A stretch of 54,186 nucleotides of DNA from Desulfosporosinus sp. (GTDB lineage Bacteria > Bacillota > Desulfitobacteriia > Desulfitobacteriales > Desulfitobacteriaceae): assembly GCA_050945735.1 (NCBI GenBank), contig JBMNTM010000001.1, positions 1-54,186 of the forward strand, written 5' to 3'. The stretch's first letter is position 1, and every line of letters starts with the position of its first letter. Below the pieces are notes generated by a model. The model was given only the letters and a program-made list of their open reading frames with translations. It was not told where the DNA came from and searched no databases. The translations under genes were made by a program, and so were the position numbers. Shown here piece after piece: positions 45,602 through 54,186 of this stretch.

Positions 45602-46468
45602 GTGTTTGAAGCAACTTATCAACGCTATCTCACCATGATAGAACAGTTCCTGGCCCAATTGCCGTGGGATAATAGTATCCTAAGTCAGAGTATGTATTAT
45701 TCTCTCAGCGGTGGAGGGAAACGTATCCGGCCGGTTTTGGCCTTGGCTTCTGCAGAAGCAGTAGGCGGAATTCCGGAAACGATCCTGCCTGCTGCCGTAT
45801 CGTTAGAGCTTATTCACACATATTCTTTAATTCATGATGATTTACCGGCAATGGATAATGACGACTATCGAAGAGGAAGATTATCAAATCATAAGGTATA
45901 TGGAGAAGCCAACGCCATTTTAGCTGGGGATGCCTTATTGACTTATGCCTTCGAACAACTGGCCGATGCAGGAATGGGCCAGCCTGAGAAACAGCTGCGT
46001 GTTATTCGTGAGGTTGCCGCAGCTGTCGGAAAAGATGGTATGGTTGGAGGACAGGTTGCCGATATAGCCGGAGTAGGAAGATCGCTTACCTTGAATGAAA
46101 TTGAAGAGATTCATAAGGCTAAAACGGGTGCATTACTGACGGTGTCTGCCCGGCTGGGAGGGATTTTAGCCGGCGGTACAAAGGAGCAGATTGCGGCCTT
46201 GACAGATTATGCCCAAGCGTTGGGATTAGCATTTCAAATAAAAGATGATATTTTGGATGTTGTGGGAAAAAGTGAAATCCTCGGTAAGAATGTTCAGAGC
46301 GACCTCCGTCAGGGTAAGACGACTTATGCTTATTTGCTTGGGCTCGAAGGAGCAGAGCTGCAATTGCATGCCCAAATTCAAAAAGCACAATCCGCTTTAA
46401 AAATATTTGCTGCAGACGCAGTCTTTCTCAAAGAACTAGCATTCTTTATTGAACAACGCCAGCATTGA
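45602..46468 (+). CDS. ispA: Farnesyl/geranylgeranyl diphosphate synthase
   Basis: GGKRIRP, SLIHDDLPAMDNDDYRRG, GQ..D, KTG, FQIKDDILD, GKTTY. Confidence 0.93.
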   Translation: MFEATYQRYLTMIEQFLAQLPWDNSILSQSMYYSLSGGGKRIRPVLALASAEAVGGIPETILPAAVSLELIHTYSLIHDDLPAMDNDDYRRGRLSNHKVYGEANAILAGDALLTYAFEQLADAGMGQPEKQLRVIREVAAAVGKDGMVGGQVADIAGVGRSLTLNEIEEIHKAKTGALLTVSARLGGILAGGTKEQIAALTDYAQALGLAFQIKDDILDVVGKSEILGKNVQSDLRQGKTTYAYLLGLEGAELQLHAQIQKAQSALKIFAADAVFLKELAFFIEQRQH

Positions 46469-46926
46469 AAGAGGTCGTTATCATGCCGTTGATCCCTGGA
46501 ATATTTAATAATTCAGTTTTAGTTACAGCTATAAGTGCTTGGGCAATAGCGCAAATATGTAAAATAGCTGTCAGTATAATCTTGTTAAACAGAAAATTCG
46601 ATTATCAAATTATTTTTAGCTCAGGCGGTTTCCCTAGTTCTCACTCCGCAACAGTAAGTGCTTTGGCGGCAGGAATCGCAAAGTATTATGGGTGGGATTC
46701 TCCGATATTCGCCGTATCCGTTATTTTTTGCGTAGTTGTCTTGTATGATGCGGCAGGCGTACGAAGAGCTGCGGGAAAACAGGCAGAAGTCCTCAACCAG
46801 TTGGTTGAACGGTTATATCCGAGCCCTAATTTAGACCAGGAACGATTGAAAGAACTTATTGGGCACACCCCTTTGGAGGTCTTTGGGGGTGTAATTATTG
46901 GCATTATTGTAGGGCTTTTCTTATAA
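46465..46926 (+). CDS. Divergent PAP2 family membrane protein (DUF212/YuiD-like)
   Basis: SGGFPSSHSA, YDAAGVRRAAG.QA..LN, LKELIGHTP.EV. Confidence 0.9.
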   Translation: MKEVVIMPLIPGIFNNSVLVTAISAWAIAQICKIAVSIILLNRKFDYQIIFSSGGFPSSHSATVSALAAGIAKYYGWDSPIFAVSVIFCVVVLYDAAGVRRAAGKQAEVLNQLVERLYPSPNLDQERLKELIGHTPLEVFGGVIIGIIVGLFL

Positions 46927-47003
46927 GCAAAGTGTGACAATGCATCACACGCCTCGTGCATCGCGTCACGCGATTGATGGACTCAAACAGGGGGTGGGAA
47001 GTG

Positions 47004-48917
47004 ATGAGACTGCTCGAGAGTATTCATGCACCCAAGGATCTGCGCTTGTTAGATCTAAATCAACTAAAAAAACTGGCCCAAGAGATACGGGAAGTGCTGA
47101 TAGATGTGATCTCGAAAAATGGTGGTCATTTGGCGCCAAACCTGGGAGTTGTTGAACTCACTTTGGCGTTACATCGCATATTCGATTGCCCTCGCGACAA
47201 GATTATCTGGGATGTCGGTCATCAGACCTATGTGCACAAGCTCTTAACCGGTCGTTTGGATCGCTTTAAGACCATTCGTCAATATGATGGATTGTCCGGC
47301 TTTCCTAAACGGTCGGAAAGCCCCTGTGATTGCTTTGAAACAGGACATTCCAGTACCTCCATTTCTGCGGCCGTAGGTTTTGCTAAAGCAAGAGATGTCC
47401 TTGGGGAGAGACACAATGTTGTGGCAGTGATTGGAGATGGGGCAATGACCGGCGGGATGGCCTATGAGGCCTTAAATCATGCTGGAATTTGTAAAACTAA
47501 TATCATAGTGGTGCTTAATGATAATAAAATGTCTATTTCACCGAATGTGGGAGCGATGTCATCCTATTTAAGCCGCTTGAGGGCTGATCCCCGCTATGAT
47601 AAGAGAAAAGAGGATATTGAGTATCTCTTAAAAGGAATTCCCCTGATTGGAACAAAAGTAGCTAAAGCAGTTGCCAAAGCTAAAGATAGTATAAAATATC
47701 TTCTTGTACCGGGACTGCTTTTTGAAGAACTGGGCTTCACTTATTTGGGACCGATTGATGGACACGATCAAGCTATGCTCGAACAGCTTCTGACTCAGGC
47801 CAAAAGTAAAAAGGGGCCGGTACTTGTCCATGTCCTGACAAGTAAAGGGAAAGGGTACAAACCCGCAGAAGAAAATCCGGATATCTTTCATGGTGTGGGC
47901 CCGTTTGAAGCGGAAACCGGAAAAATAATCAAAAAGTCCGCTATCCCAACTTATACTGCAGTCTTCGGGGAAACACTTTGTTCTCTCGCCAAGCAAAATC
48001 CTAAGGTTGTAGCAATCAGCGCAGCTATGACAAGCGGAACCGGACTCAAAGATTTTGCCGGTCAATTTCCGGATCGTTTCTATGATGTCGGAATTGCCGA
48101 ACAACATGCTGTAACCTTCGCCGCCGGGTTGGCATTTGGTGGACTGAAGCCAGTCGTGGCCATCTATTCAACTTTTTTTCAGAGGGCCTACGATCAAGTA
48201 CTGCATGATGTCTGTTTACAGAATGCGAATGTGGTTTTAGCAATAGACCGTGCCGGGGTGGTAGGGGACGATGGACCTACACATCATGGAGTTTTTGACA
48301 TTTCCATCTTTAGGAGTATTCCTAATTTAATCTTTATGGCTCCCAAAGACGAAAACGAATTACGGCATATGCTTTTTACGGCCTTGCAGCAAAGTGGACC
48401 GGTGGCACTGCGTTACCCAAGATCTGTGGGTCAGGGTGTAAAAATGGATAAAACGTTAAAGGCGATTCCGGTTGGCAAAGCGGAAGTACTGCGTGTTGGC
48501 CGGGATGTGACCTTGATTGGGTTGGGACCAATGGTCTATACTTGTCTTCTGGCAGCTAAGGAATTAGCTTATCGCGGCGTCGATGCTGCGGTAATAAACT
48601 TGCGTTATATTAACCCACTCGATCGTAAACTTTTAGCACATTATGCCCGGCTAACCAAAAAATTTATTACGATCGAAGATCATACCCTCAAGGGTGGCAT
48701 GGGAAGTGCTATTTTAGAACTTCTTGAAGAGGAAGGAATTAAGGGAGTAGCTTTTGAACGCCTGGGGTATGATGATTTTGTGGGCCAGGGATCGATTTCT
48801 CGGCTTCATGCCGTTCATGGCTTGTCGGTTAAGGGGATTATACAAGCAGCAGAACGCTTACGCTTGTTTCGCCGCGTTGCCCGGTCCCAGAAGGATAAGG
48901 GGAGTCTGGCAAATTGA
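47004..48917 (+). CDS. dxs: 1-deoxy-D-xylulose-5-phosphate synthase
   Basis: GGHLAPNLGVVELT, WDVGHQ.Y.HK, GHSSTSIS, GDGAMTGG..EA.N, GIAEQHA, DRAG.VG.DGPTHHG. Confidence 0.97.
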   Translation: MRLLESIHAPKDLRLLDLNQLKKLAQEIREVLIDVISKNGGHLAPNLGVVELTLALHRIFDCPRDKIIWDVGHQTYVHKLLTGRLDRFKTIRQYDGLSGFPKRSESPCDCFETGHSSTSISAAVGFAKARDVLGERHNVVAVIGDGAMTGGMAYEALNHAGICKTNIIVVLNDNKMSISPNVGAMSSYLSRLRADPRYDKRKEDIEYLLKGIPLIGTKVAKAVAKAKDSIKYLLVPGLLFEELGFTYLGPIDGHDQAMLEQLLTQAKSKKGPVLVHVLTSKGKGYKPAEENPDIFHGVGPFEAETGKIIKKSAIPTYTAVFGETLCSLAKQNPKVVAISAAMTSGTGLKDFAGQFPDRFYDVGIAEQHAVTFAAGLAFGGLKPVVAIYSTFFQRAYDQVLHDVCLQNANVVLAIDRAGVVGDDGPTHHGVFDISIFRSIPNLIFMAPKDENELRHMLFTALQQSGPVALRYPRSVGQGVKMDKTLKAIPVGKAEVLRVGRDVTLIGLGPMVYTCLLAAKELAYRGVDAAVINLRYINPLDRKLLAHYARLTKKFITIEDHTLKGGMGSAILELLEEEGIKGVAFERLGYDDFVGQGSISRLHAVHGLSVKGIIQAAERLRLFRRVARSQKDKGSLAN

Positions 48918-49714
48918 AAGAACGTGTCGATGTCTTAATGGTAAAAAAAGGATTGGCAAATAGTCGTGAAAGGGCTAAAGCAGCGGTTATGGCGGGCATT
49001 GTGTTTGTCGAGGGGCAACGTGTGGAGAAGCCGGGCATGAAATTAGCGGAAGACGATATCATCGAACTGAGAGGAGAATCCCTGCCCTATGTTTCGCGTG
49101 GCGGATTAAAACTAGCCAAAGCGGTAGAAGTATTTTCGCTTTCTTTTCAGGATCAAGTAGTTGCCGATATCGGCTCTTCGACCGGTGGTTTTACTGATTG
49201 TGTTTTGCAAAACGGTGCCAAACGTGTTTATGCTATTGATGTTGGGTATGGGCAGTTGGCTTGGAAACTTCGTACGGATTCACGTGTTATCTCTATTGAA
49301 CGGGTGAATGCCCGCTATTTGAAGCAGGATTCTCTGCCTGAGAAGGTGGATTGGATTGTTTCCGATGTTGCTTTTATCTCTATTACGAAGATATTCCCGG
49401 CCATGCTTGCCATTCTGAAAGAAGACGGGCAAATTATATCTTTAATTAAGCCCCAATTTGAAGCGGGACGGAAACTTGTGGGAAAAAAAGGTGTGGTTAG
49501 GGATATATTAGTACATAAACAGGTTCTGGAGTATGTCCTCAGCCAAGCAGAAAATGCTGGTTTTCATGTTCTGGGATTGAATTATTCGCCGATTCGCGGT
49601 CCGGAAGGAAATATCGAATACCTCGCATGGCTGGGTTTACAAAAGGGTTTAGGAATTAATTGGCGATTAGAGCTTGAATGTGTGGTTCAAAATGCTCAGA
49701 AAGAGACGGATTAA
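48914..49714 (+). CDS. tlyA: TlyA family rRNA 2'-O-methyltransferase
   Basis: S4 domain, YVSRGGLKL, DIGSSTGGFTD, DVGYGQL, LIKPQFE, GN.EYL. Confidence 0.95.
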   Translation: MKERVDVLMVKKGLANSRERAKAAVMAGIVFVEGQRVEKPGMKLAEDDIIELRGESLPYVSRGGLKLAKAVEVFSLSFQDQVVADIGSSTGGFTDCVLQNGAKRVYAIDVGYGQLAWKLRTDSRVISIERVNARYLKQDSLPEKVDWIVSDVAFISITKIFPAMLAILKEDGQIISLIKPQFEAGRKLVGKKGVVRDILVHKQVLEYVLSQAENAGFHVLGLNYSPIRGPEGNIEYLAWLGLQKGLGINWRLELECVVQNAQKETD

Positions 49715-49717
49715 CTA

Positions 49718-50539
49718 ATGGAAAGAGTCGTTGGTTTATGGCCTAATACTATTAAACCTGAAGCCAAGACGTTTAGCCTTCAAATCAAAGATTGGCTTGA
49801 AGCCCGTGGATGGGACGTTTTAACTGAGTGGAAAGAGATTATTGAACGGAGAGCACAATTTCTCATTTCTTTAGGTGGCGATGGAACACTCCTTCAAGCA
49901 GCGCGCGAAGGAGCGCCATTTGGGATCCCGGTGTTAGGGGTTAATTTTGGACGGTTAGGTTTTTTGTGCGAAATTGAACGGGAAGATGTTTTTTGCGCCT
50001 TAGAAAAAGTTCTGCACGGGGACTATATAATTCATAAACGTTTAATGTTGAGTGCCATTGTTAAGCGCCTTGGTAAGGTTGACTTAAATCACCTGGTCTT
50101 GAACGATGTAGTATTTTCCAGAGAAAGCACCGACTCAGTAATCACCCTACAAGCGAACCTGTCGGGTGTGCCAACCATCAGTTATCCTGCCGACGGGTTG
50201 ATCGTTGCCACGCCAACGGGTTCTACTGCCTATTCTCTTTCGTCAGGCGGACCAATTATTAGCCCAAATGTTCAAGCAATCTTATTGACGCCTTTGGCGG
50301 CACATTCCTTGTCTGCGCGCCCGCTGGTTGTCTCGGATGCGGAAGAAATCGAAATTATCTTAGCAAGAGGAAAGCAATGCGTGGTTGCCTTTGATGGGCG
50401 GGATCGTGTCCGGATTTGCCCAGATGAGACAGTCATCCTAAAAACTGCCCGGATAAAGGCTCAACTAATTCGGTTGGGAAGCAGAAGTTTCCACCAGGTA
50501 GTGCGGGAGAAGTTAAGGGATTTTTGGCATGAAAATTAG
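49718..50539 (+). CDS. nadK: NAD kinase
   Basis: LGGDGTLL, GVNFGRLGFL, LND, DGLIVATPTGSTAYSLSSGGPI. Confidence 0.96.
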   Translation: MERVVGLWPNTIKPEAKTFSLQIKDWLEARGWDVLTEWKEIIERRAQFLISLGGDGTLLQAAREGAPFGIPVLGVNFGRLGFLCEIEREDVFCALEKVLHGDYIIHKRLMLSAIVKRLGKVDLNHLVLNDVVFSRESTDSVITLQANLSGVPTISYPADGLIVATPTGSTAYSLSSGGPIISPNVQAILLTPLAAHSLSARPLVVSDAEEIEIILARGKQCVVAFDGRDRVRICPDETVILKTARIKAQLIRLGSRSFHQVVREKLRDFWHEN

Positions 50540-50556
50540 GGGAGGCTTATCAGGCT

Positions 50557-51009
50557 ATGAAAGCGCGACGTCAGATGAAGGTCCAGGAAATTGTCACTAA
50601 GGAAATTATCCGTACCCAGGAAGATCTGGCAGAGAAATTGCACCAGTCCGGTTTTAAGGTCACCCAGGCAACAGTCTCCCGGGACATTAAGGAACTGGGT
50701 TTAATAAAAATACCTTATGCAGATGATGATTATCGCTATGCTGTTCCTAATGCAGTGCATCCGGCTAACATGCAAGATCGCCTTAAGCGTTTATTGCGCG
50801 AAACCATGGTTTCCATTAATGACACAGAAAGCTTGATTGTTATTCGCACGATTCCAGGAAATGCCCATGCTTTAGCAGCAGTCCTGGATAATAGCAACTG
50901 GGAGGAGGTCATCGGCACAGTAGCAGGGGATGACACGATTCTTTTAGTCATCAAGCCTAAAGAATCTGTTGCGCCGGTCTTAGAGCGCATTACCACCTTG
51001 CTCGGATAG
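50557..51009 (+). CDS. argR: Arginine repressor
   Basis: TQE.L, VTQATVSRDIKEL, T.PGNA, GTVAGDDT. Confidence 0.97.
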   Translation: MKARRQMKVQEIVTKEIIRTQEDLAEKLHQSGFKVTQATVSRDIKELGLIKIPYADDDYRYAVPNAVHPANMQDRLKRLLRETMVSINDTESLIVIRTIPGNAHALAAVLDNSNWEEVIGTVAGDDTILLVIKPKESVAPVLERITTLLG

Positions 51010-51019
51010 GAGGGGCATT

Positions 51020-52693
51020 ATGTTAACGGAGTTAAATATTGAAAATTTCGGTCTGATGGAAGCGGTTCGCCTGCAGTTTGGCCACGGTTTAACAGTTTTC
51101 ACCGGAGAAACCGGCGCCGGAAAATCAATGCTCATTGACGCGCTTGGGGTTCTCTTAGGCGGACGAGCGAGTGCAGAATTTATCCGGCATGGGGAAACAC
51201 AGGCCCGGCTTGAAGGGGTCTGTGAAAATCTTGCTCCTGAGCTCTTAATGAGGCTTGAAATGGCAGGTTATCCTGTTGAAGAAGGCCAATTATTTCTCTA
51301 TCGAGAAATAAATCTCTCCGGAAAAAACATCTGCCGCTTACAAGGACGGACAATACCGTTAACCCTTTATCGTTCACTCTGTGAAGGACTAGTGGATATT
51401 CACGGCCAAATTGACCATCTGTCTCTCTTTCACCCAGAAACCCATCGCGGCTTATTGGATGCTTTGGGGGAGCTTCAGGCCGAGGTTAACTTAGTAACTG
51501 AAGCCGCGAAAACTTATCAGGCAATTATTCGTAAAGAACGGGAGCTGTTAATATCTGAAGCAGAACGTCAAAAGAAAGAGGAAATTCTTCGATATCAAAT
51601 TGAGGAAATCGATCTCATTAATCCAGCACCGGGAGAAGAGGCAGAACTTATTCAAGAGAAGAAACGCTTAACCAATGCCGAAAGTATTATGAATTTACTT
51701 TCCGAAGTCTACGCTGCGCTTTATGAAGGTTCAGCTGGCAAAAACGCAGCTTTTGACCTGTTGGGCCAAGCGCGTAAGGCCATTCAAGAGCTGGCCAGGC
51801 TCGATGAGGAATTTAATGTCATCGACCAAGTCGAATCCATCTATTATGCGGTGGAAGACTTGGCTGACCAAGTCAGGCGGTATAAAGATAACTTTGAGTT
51901 TGAGCCGGGAAGACTGGAACAGATTGAAGAAAGGCTTATTCAATTGAGTAGGCTTCGAAAATACGGCGCAAGCTTGGATGATGTTTTAGAAAGACGTTTG
52001 AGAATGTTGGAAGAATTAGATGAAATCACGCATATCCGGGAAAAATTTCAAATGATCAATAATGATCGTCAGGCGGCACTCCTTGCTTATAACACTGTCG
52101 CAGAGCAGCTCAGTCAAAAGCGCCTGGAGGTTGCACGACGTATTGAGCGTGGACTTACTCTTGAACTCGCAGCTCTGAACTTGGAGAGAAGTCAATTTGA
52201 AGTTCGGTTTATGCAGAACACAGAGCCAACGCTTGGTGGTGCGGAGATGGTAGAATTTTATTTCTCTGCTAATCCTGGAGAACCTCCTAAGCCTTTGGCA
52301 AAAGTCGCTTCCGGAGGGGAAATGTCCCGCTTAGTGTTGGCCTTAAAAAGTCTATTAGCGAAAGTGGAATCGGTAGGAACCTTCATCTTTGATGAGGTTG
52401 ACAGCGGGGTTGGCGGTAGAACTGTTCATAAAGTGGGTGAAAAACTAGCGAAAATTGCCCATAGTAAACAAGTTTTTTGTATTACACACGCTGCACAAGT
52501 AGCTGCATTTGCAGATGTTCATTATGGTATTATGAAAGATATAAATAGTGACAGAACGCGCACTCAGGTTGTACAATTATCCGAATTTGAGCGTATTGAG
52601 GAGCTTGCCAGGATGTTAGGAGGCGGGGAAGTGGCAATTGCACGTCAACATGCACAGGAGCTATGGCAGCGCTCTAGAAGGCAGAGCAACTAA
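51020..52693 (+). CDS. recN: DNA repair protein RecN
   Basis: TGETGAGKS, DIHGQ, NPGE..KPL.KVASGGEMSR, FDEVDSGVGG, ITH.AQVA, ELARML. Confidence 0.96.
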   Translation: MLTELNIENFGLMEAVRLQFGHGLTVFTGETGAGKSMLIDALGVLLGGRASAEFIRHGETQARLEGVCENLAPELLMRLEMAGYPVEEGQLFLYREINLSGKNICRLQGRTIPLTLYRSLCEGLVDIHGQIDHLSLFHPETHRGLLDALGELQAEVNLVTEAAKTYQAIIRKERELLISEAERQKKEEILRYQIEEIDLINPAPGEEAELIQEKKRLTNAESIMNLLSEVYAALYEGSAGKNAAFDLLGQARKAIQELARLDEEFNVIDQVESIYYAVEDLADQVRRYKDNFEFEPGRLEQIEERLIQLSRLRKYGASLDDVLERRLRMLEELDEITHIREKFQMINNDRQAALLAYNTVAEQLSQKRLEVARRIERGLTLELAALNLERSQFEVRFMQNTEPTLGGAEMVEFYFSANPGEPPKPLAKVASGGEMSRLVLALKSLLAKVESVGTFIFDEVDSGVGGRTVHKVGEKLAKIAHSKQVFCITHAAQVAAFADVHYGIMKDINSDRTRTQVVQLSEFERIEELARMLGGGEVAIARQHAQELWQRSRRQSN

Positions 52694-52752
52694 AGTGTAA
52701 TAGTGATAAAATAAAGTTAAATAATAAAAATTAAAATTGGGAATTTATTAGA

Positions 52753-52789
52753 AAGTCTGTGAAGAAAATTATCTTACAGTCTTTTTTTT
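52753..52789 (+). terminator. Possible terminator after recN
   Basis: Imperfect CTGT(G)AAGA/TCTTACAG stem followed by a T run. Confidence 0.4.
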
Positions 52790-52833
52790 GTCTTCAACAC
52801 AATTGTTTTAGAAAATATGGAACTAATTTAACA

Positions 52834-52863
52834 GGATGAAACGCAGCGAATTTGGTTAATTTA
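52834..52863 (+). promoter_or_regulatory. Possible forespore (sigma-F/G type) promoter of spoIVB
   Basis: GGATG-N15-GGTTAATTTA, resembling GYATA-N15-GGnnAnAnT. Confidence 0.35.
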
Positions 52864-52958
52864 AGATCGAATTTAATTCACTTAAACTTATCACAGCGCT
52901 CTAAACGAGGAAAAAAGGGAGAAAAATGGGGAGAAATAGAGTGGAGGATGATAAGAGA

Positions 52959-54186
52959 GTGAAAAAGAGCAGAATTTTATTTTTTGTCAGTCTCTTGTTC
53001 TGTATCTTCCTGAGCTTCAATCCAAACATTCAATATTTAGCTAAATTTCCTGATCACAAGCTAATAAGTAAAGAGAGAATCCAATTTAATGGTATTTGGT
53101 CCAAGATTATTAAAGTAGAAGAAGTCTCCTCTAATTCAATTTCTGTATTATCAGAAATGTCCGATCGTCCGGGGTTAGAAAAGATGGAAGTATCCTACAA
53201 GCTTTTTGGAATTTTTCCCTTAAAATCGGGTGAAGTTGAAGTAACGAAGTCTATGAAGTTGTTACCGGGCGGACATTCAATTGGTATCACTTTACAAACA
53301 AAAGGAGTGATGGTAGTTGGACAAGCACCGGTAATTGACAGCACGGGGAAAAAAATATTTCCTGCTAAGGAGGCTGGAATAAAAGTAGGAGATATTCTCT
53401 TGAAAATCAATTCGCAAGAGGTCAATACAGATCAGGAAGTGTCCAACGCCGTTCATTTAGCCGGAGAGAAAGCAGAGAGTATTAATATCACTTATAAGCA
53501 TCAAGAACAAATTTACGAAAAAACAATTAAACCCATTTTTTGTAGGGAGACCGGAAGGTACCGTATGGGTTTATTTGTTCGGAATGAAGCTGCAGGGGTT
53601 GGAACCCTCTCTTTTTTAGACCCTGTTTCCAAACAATATGGCGCCCTTGGACATGTAATCACAGATGCGGATACGAATCAAAAAATCGAAGTTTCCAATG
53701 GGAAAATAATTGCTTCTACAATTTACGCGATTGAAAAAGGGAAACGGGGCCATCCAGGTGAAAAAATCGGTTCATTTGTAACGAATTCAGTTTTTGAAGG
53801 TACTATTGAAAAAAATACCATGACAGGTATATTTGGTAGTATCACTGGCCGCGTAGTAAATCCATATTACAAAGAGGCAATTCCAGTTGGATGGGAATCT
53901 GAGGTAAAAGTTGGACCTGCCAAGATTTATACAGTGATTGAGGGAGAAAAAATAGAAGAGTTCGATGTTAATATTGATCGTGTGATGCATAATCGTACGG
54001 ATAGCAAAAATATGATCCTGCGAGTTACTGATCCAAGGTTATTGGAGGTTACCGGCGGAATTATTCAAGGTATGAGCGGCAGTCCAATTATACAAGATGG
54101 AAAGATTATCGGAGCTGTGACGCATGTTTTTATCAATGATAGTCAACGTGGCTACGGAGTATTTATTCAAAATATGATCAATAATA
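52959..54186 (+). CDS. spoIVB: SpoIVB peptidase S55 (runs off the window end; absent from the ORF track)
   Basis: GTG start MKKSRILFF..; PGGHSIG, PDZ region, AAGVGTL, GALGHVI.D, GIIQGMSGSPIIQDGKIIGAVTHVF in one frame; follows recN. Confidence 0.93.
   Translation, partial: MKKSRILFFVSLLFCIFLSFNPNIQYLAKFPDHKLISKERIQFNGIWSKIIKVEEVSSNSISVLSEMSDRPGLEKMEVSYKLFGIFPLKSGEVEVTKSMKLLPGGHSIGITLQTKGVMVVGQAPVIDSTGKKIFPAKEAGIKVGDILLKINSQEVNTDQEVSNAVHLAGEKAESINITYKHQEQIYEKTIKPIFCRETGRYRMGLFVRNEAAGVGTLSFLDPVSKQYGALGHVITDADTNQKIEVSNGKIIASTIYAIEKGKRGHPGEKIGSFVTNSVFEGTIEKNTMTGIFGSITGRVVNPYYKEAIPVGWESEVKVGPAKIYTVIEGEKIEEFDVNIDRVMHNRTDSKNMILRVTDPRLLEVTGGIIQGMSGSPIIQDGKIIGAVTHVFINDSQRGYGVFIQNMINN

Noticed and set aside
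46934-47155. 73-aa ORF overlapping the dxs start
   Set aside because: Alternative frame over dxs with no RBS or motif support

Overview
A core chromosomal region of a spore-forming anaerobic Bacillota member. Gene content and order suggest Desulfosporosinus/Desulfitobacteriaceae, which is an inference. The backbone runs sigK-yqeG-aroE-aroC-aroK-aroB, a type IV pilus cluster, aroQ-pepP-efp, spoIIIAA-AH, accBC, asp23-amaP-nusB, nfnAB, folD-fchA, xseAB-ispA-dxs-tlyA-nadK-argR-recN and a partial spoIVB. Accessory inserts include a reverse rubrerythrin with a PerR-like box, an Hsp20 with two CtsR boxes, a LysM protein and a 5xPAS-GGDEF-HD-GYP protein. The most notable locus is 18.0-24.4 kb. There, a c-di-GMP-II-like riboswitch overlaps an intrinsic terminator (predicted ON switch) and is followed by a second ~190-nt multi-stem RNA that I cannot assign to a family. 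Together they lead a six-gene operon: a SipW-type signal peptidase, four secreted proteins with a shared SipW-class cleavage motif (one frameshifted) and a membrane-anchored paralog. This looks like a c-di-GMP-activated, TasA/CalY-like fibre system with a putative anchor, minor subunits and a tip adhesin. All calls come from reading the sequence by eye; no searches were run.
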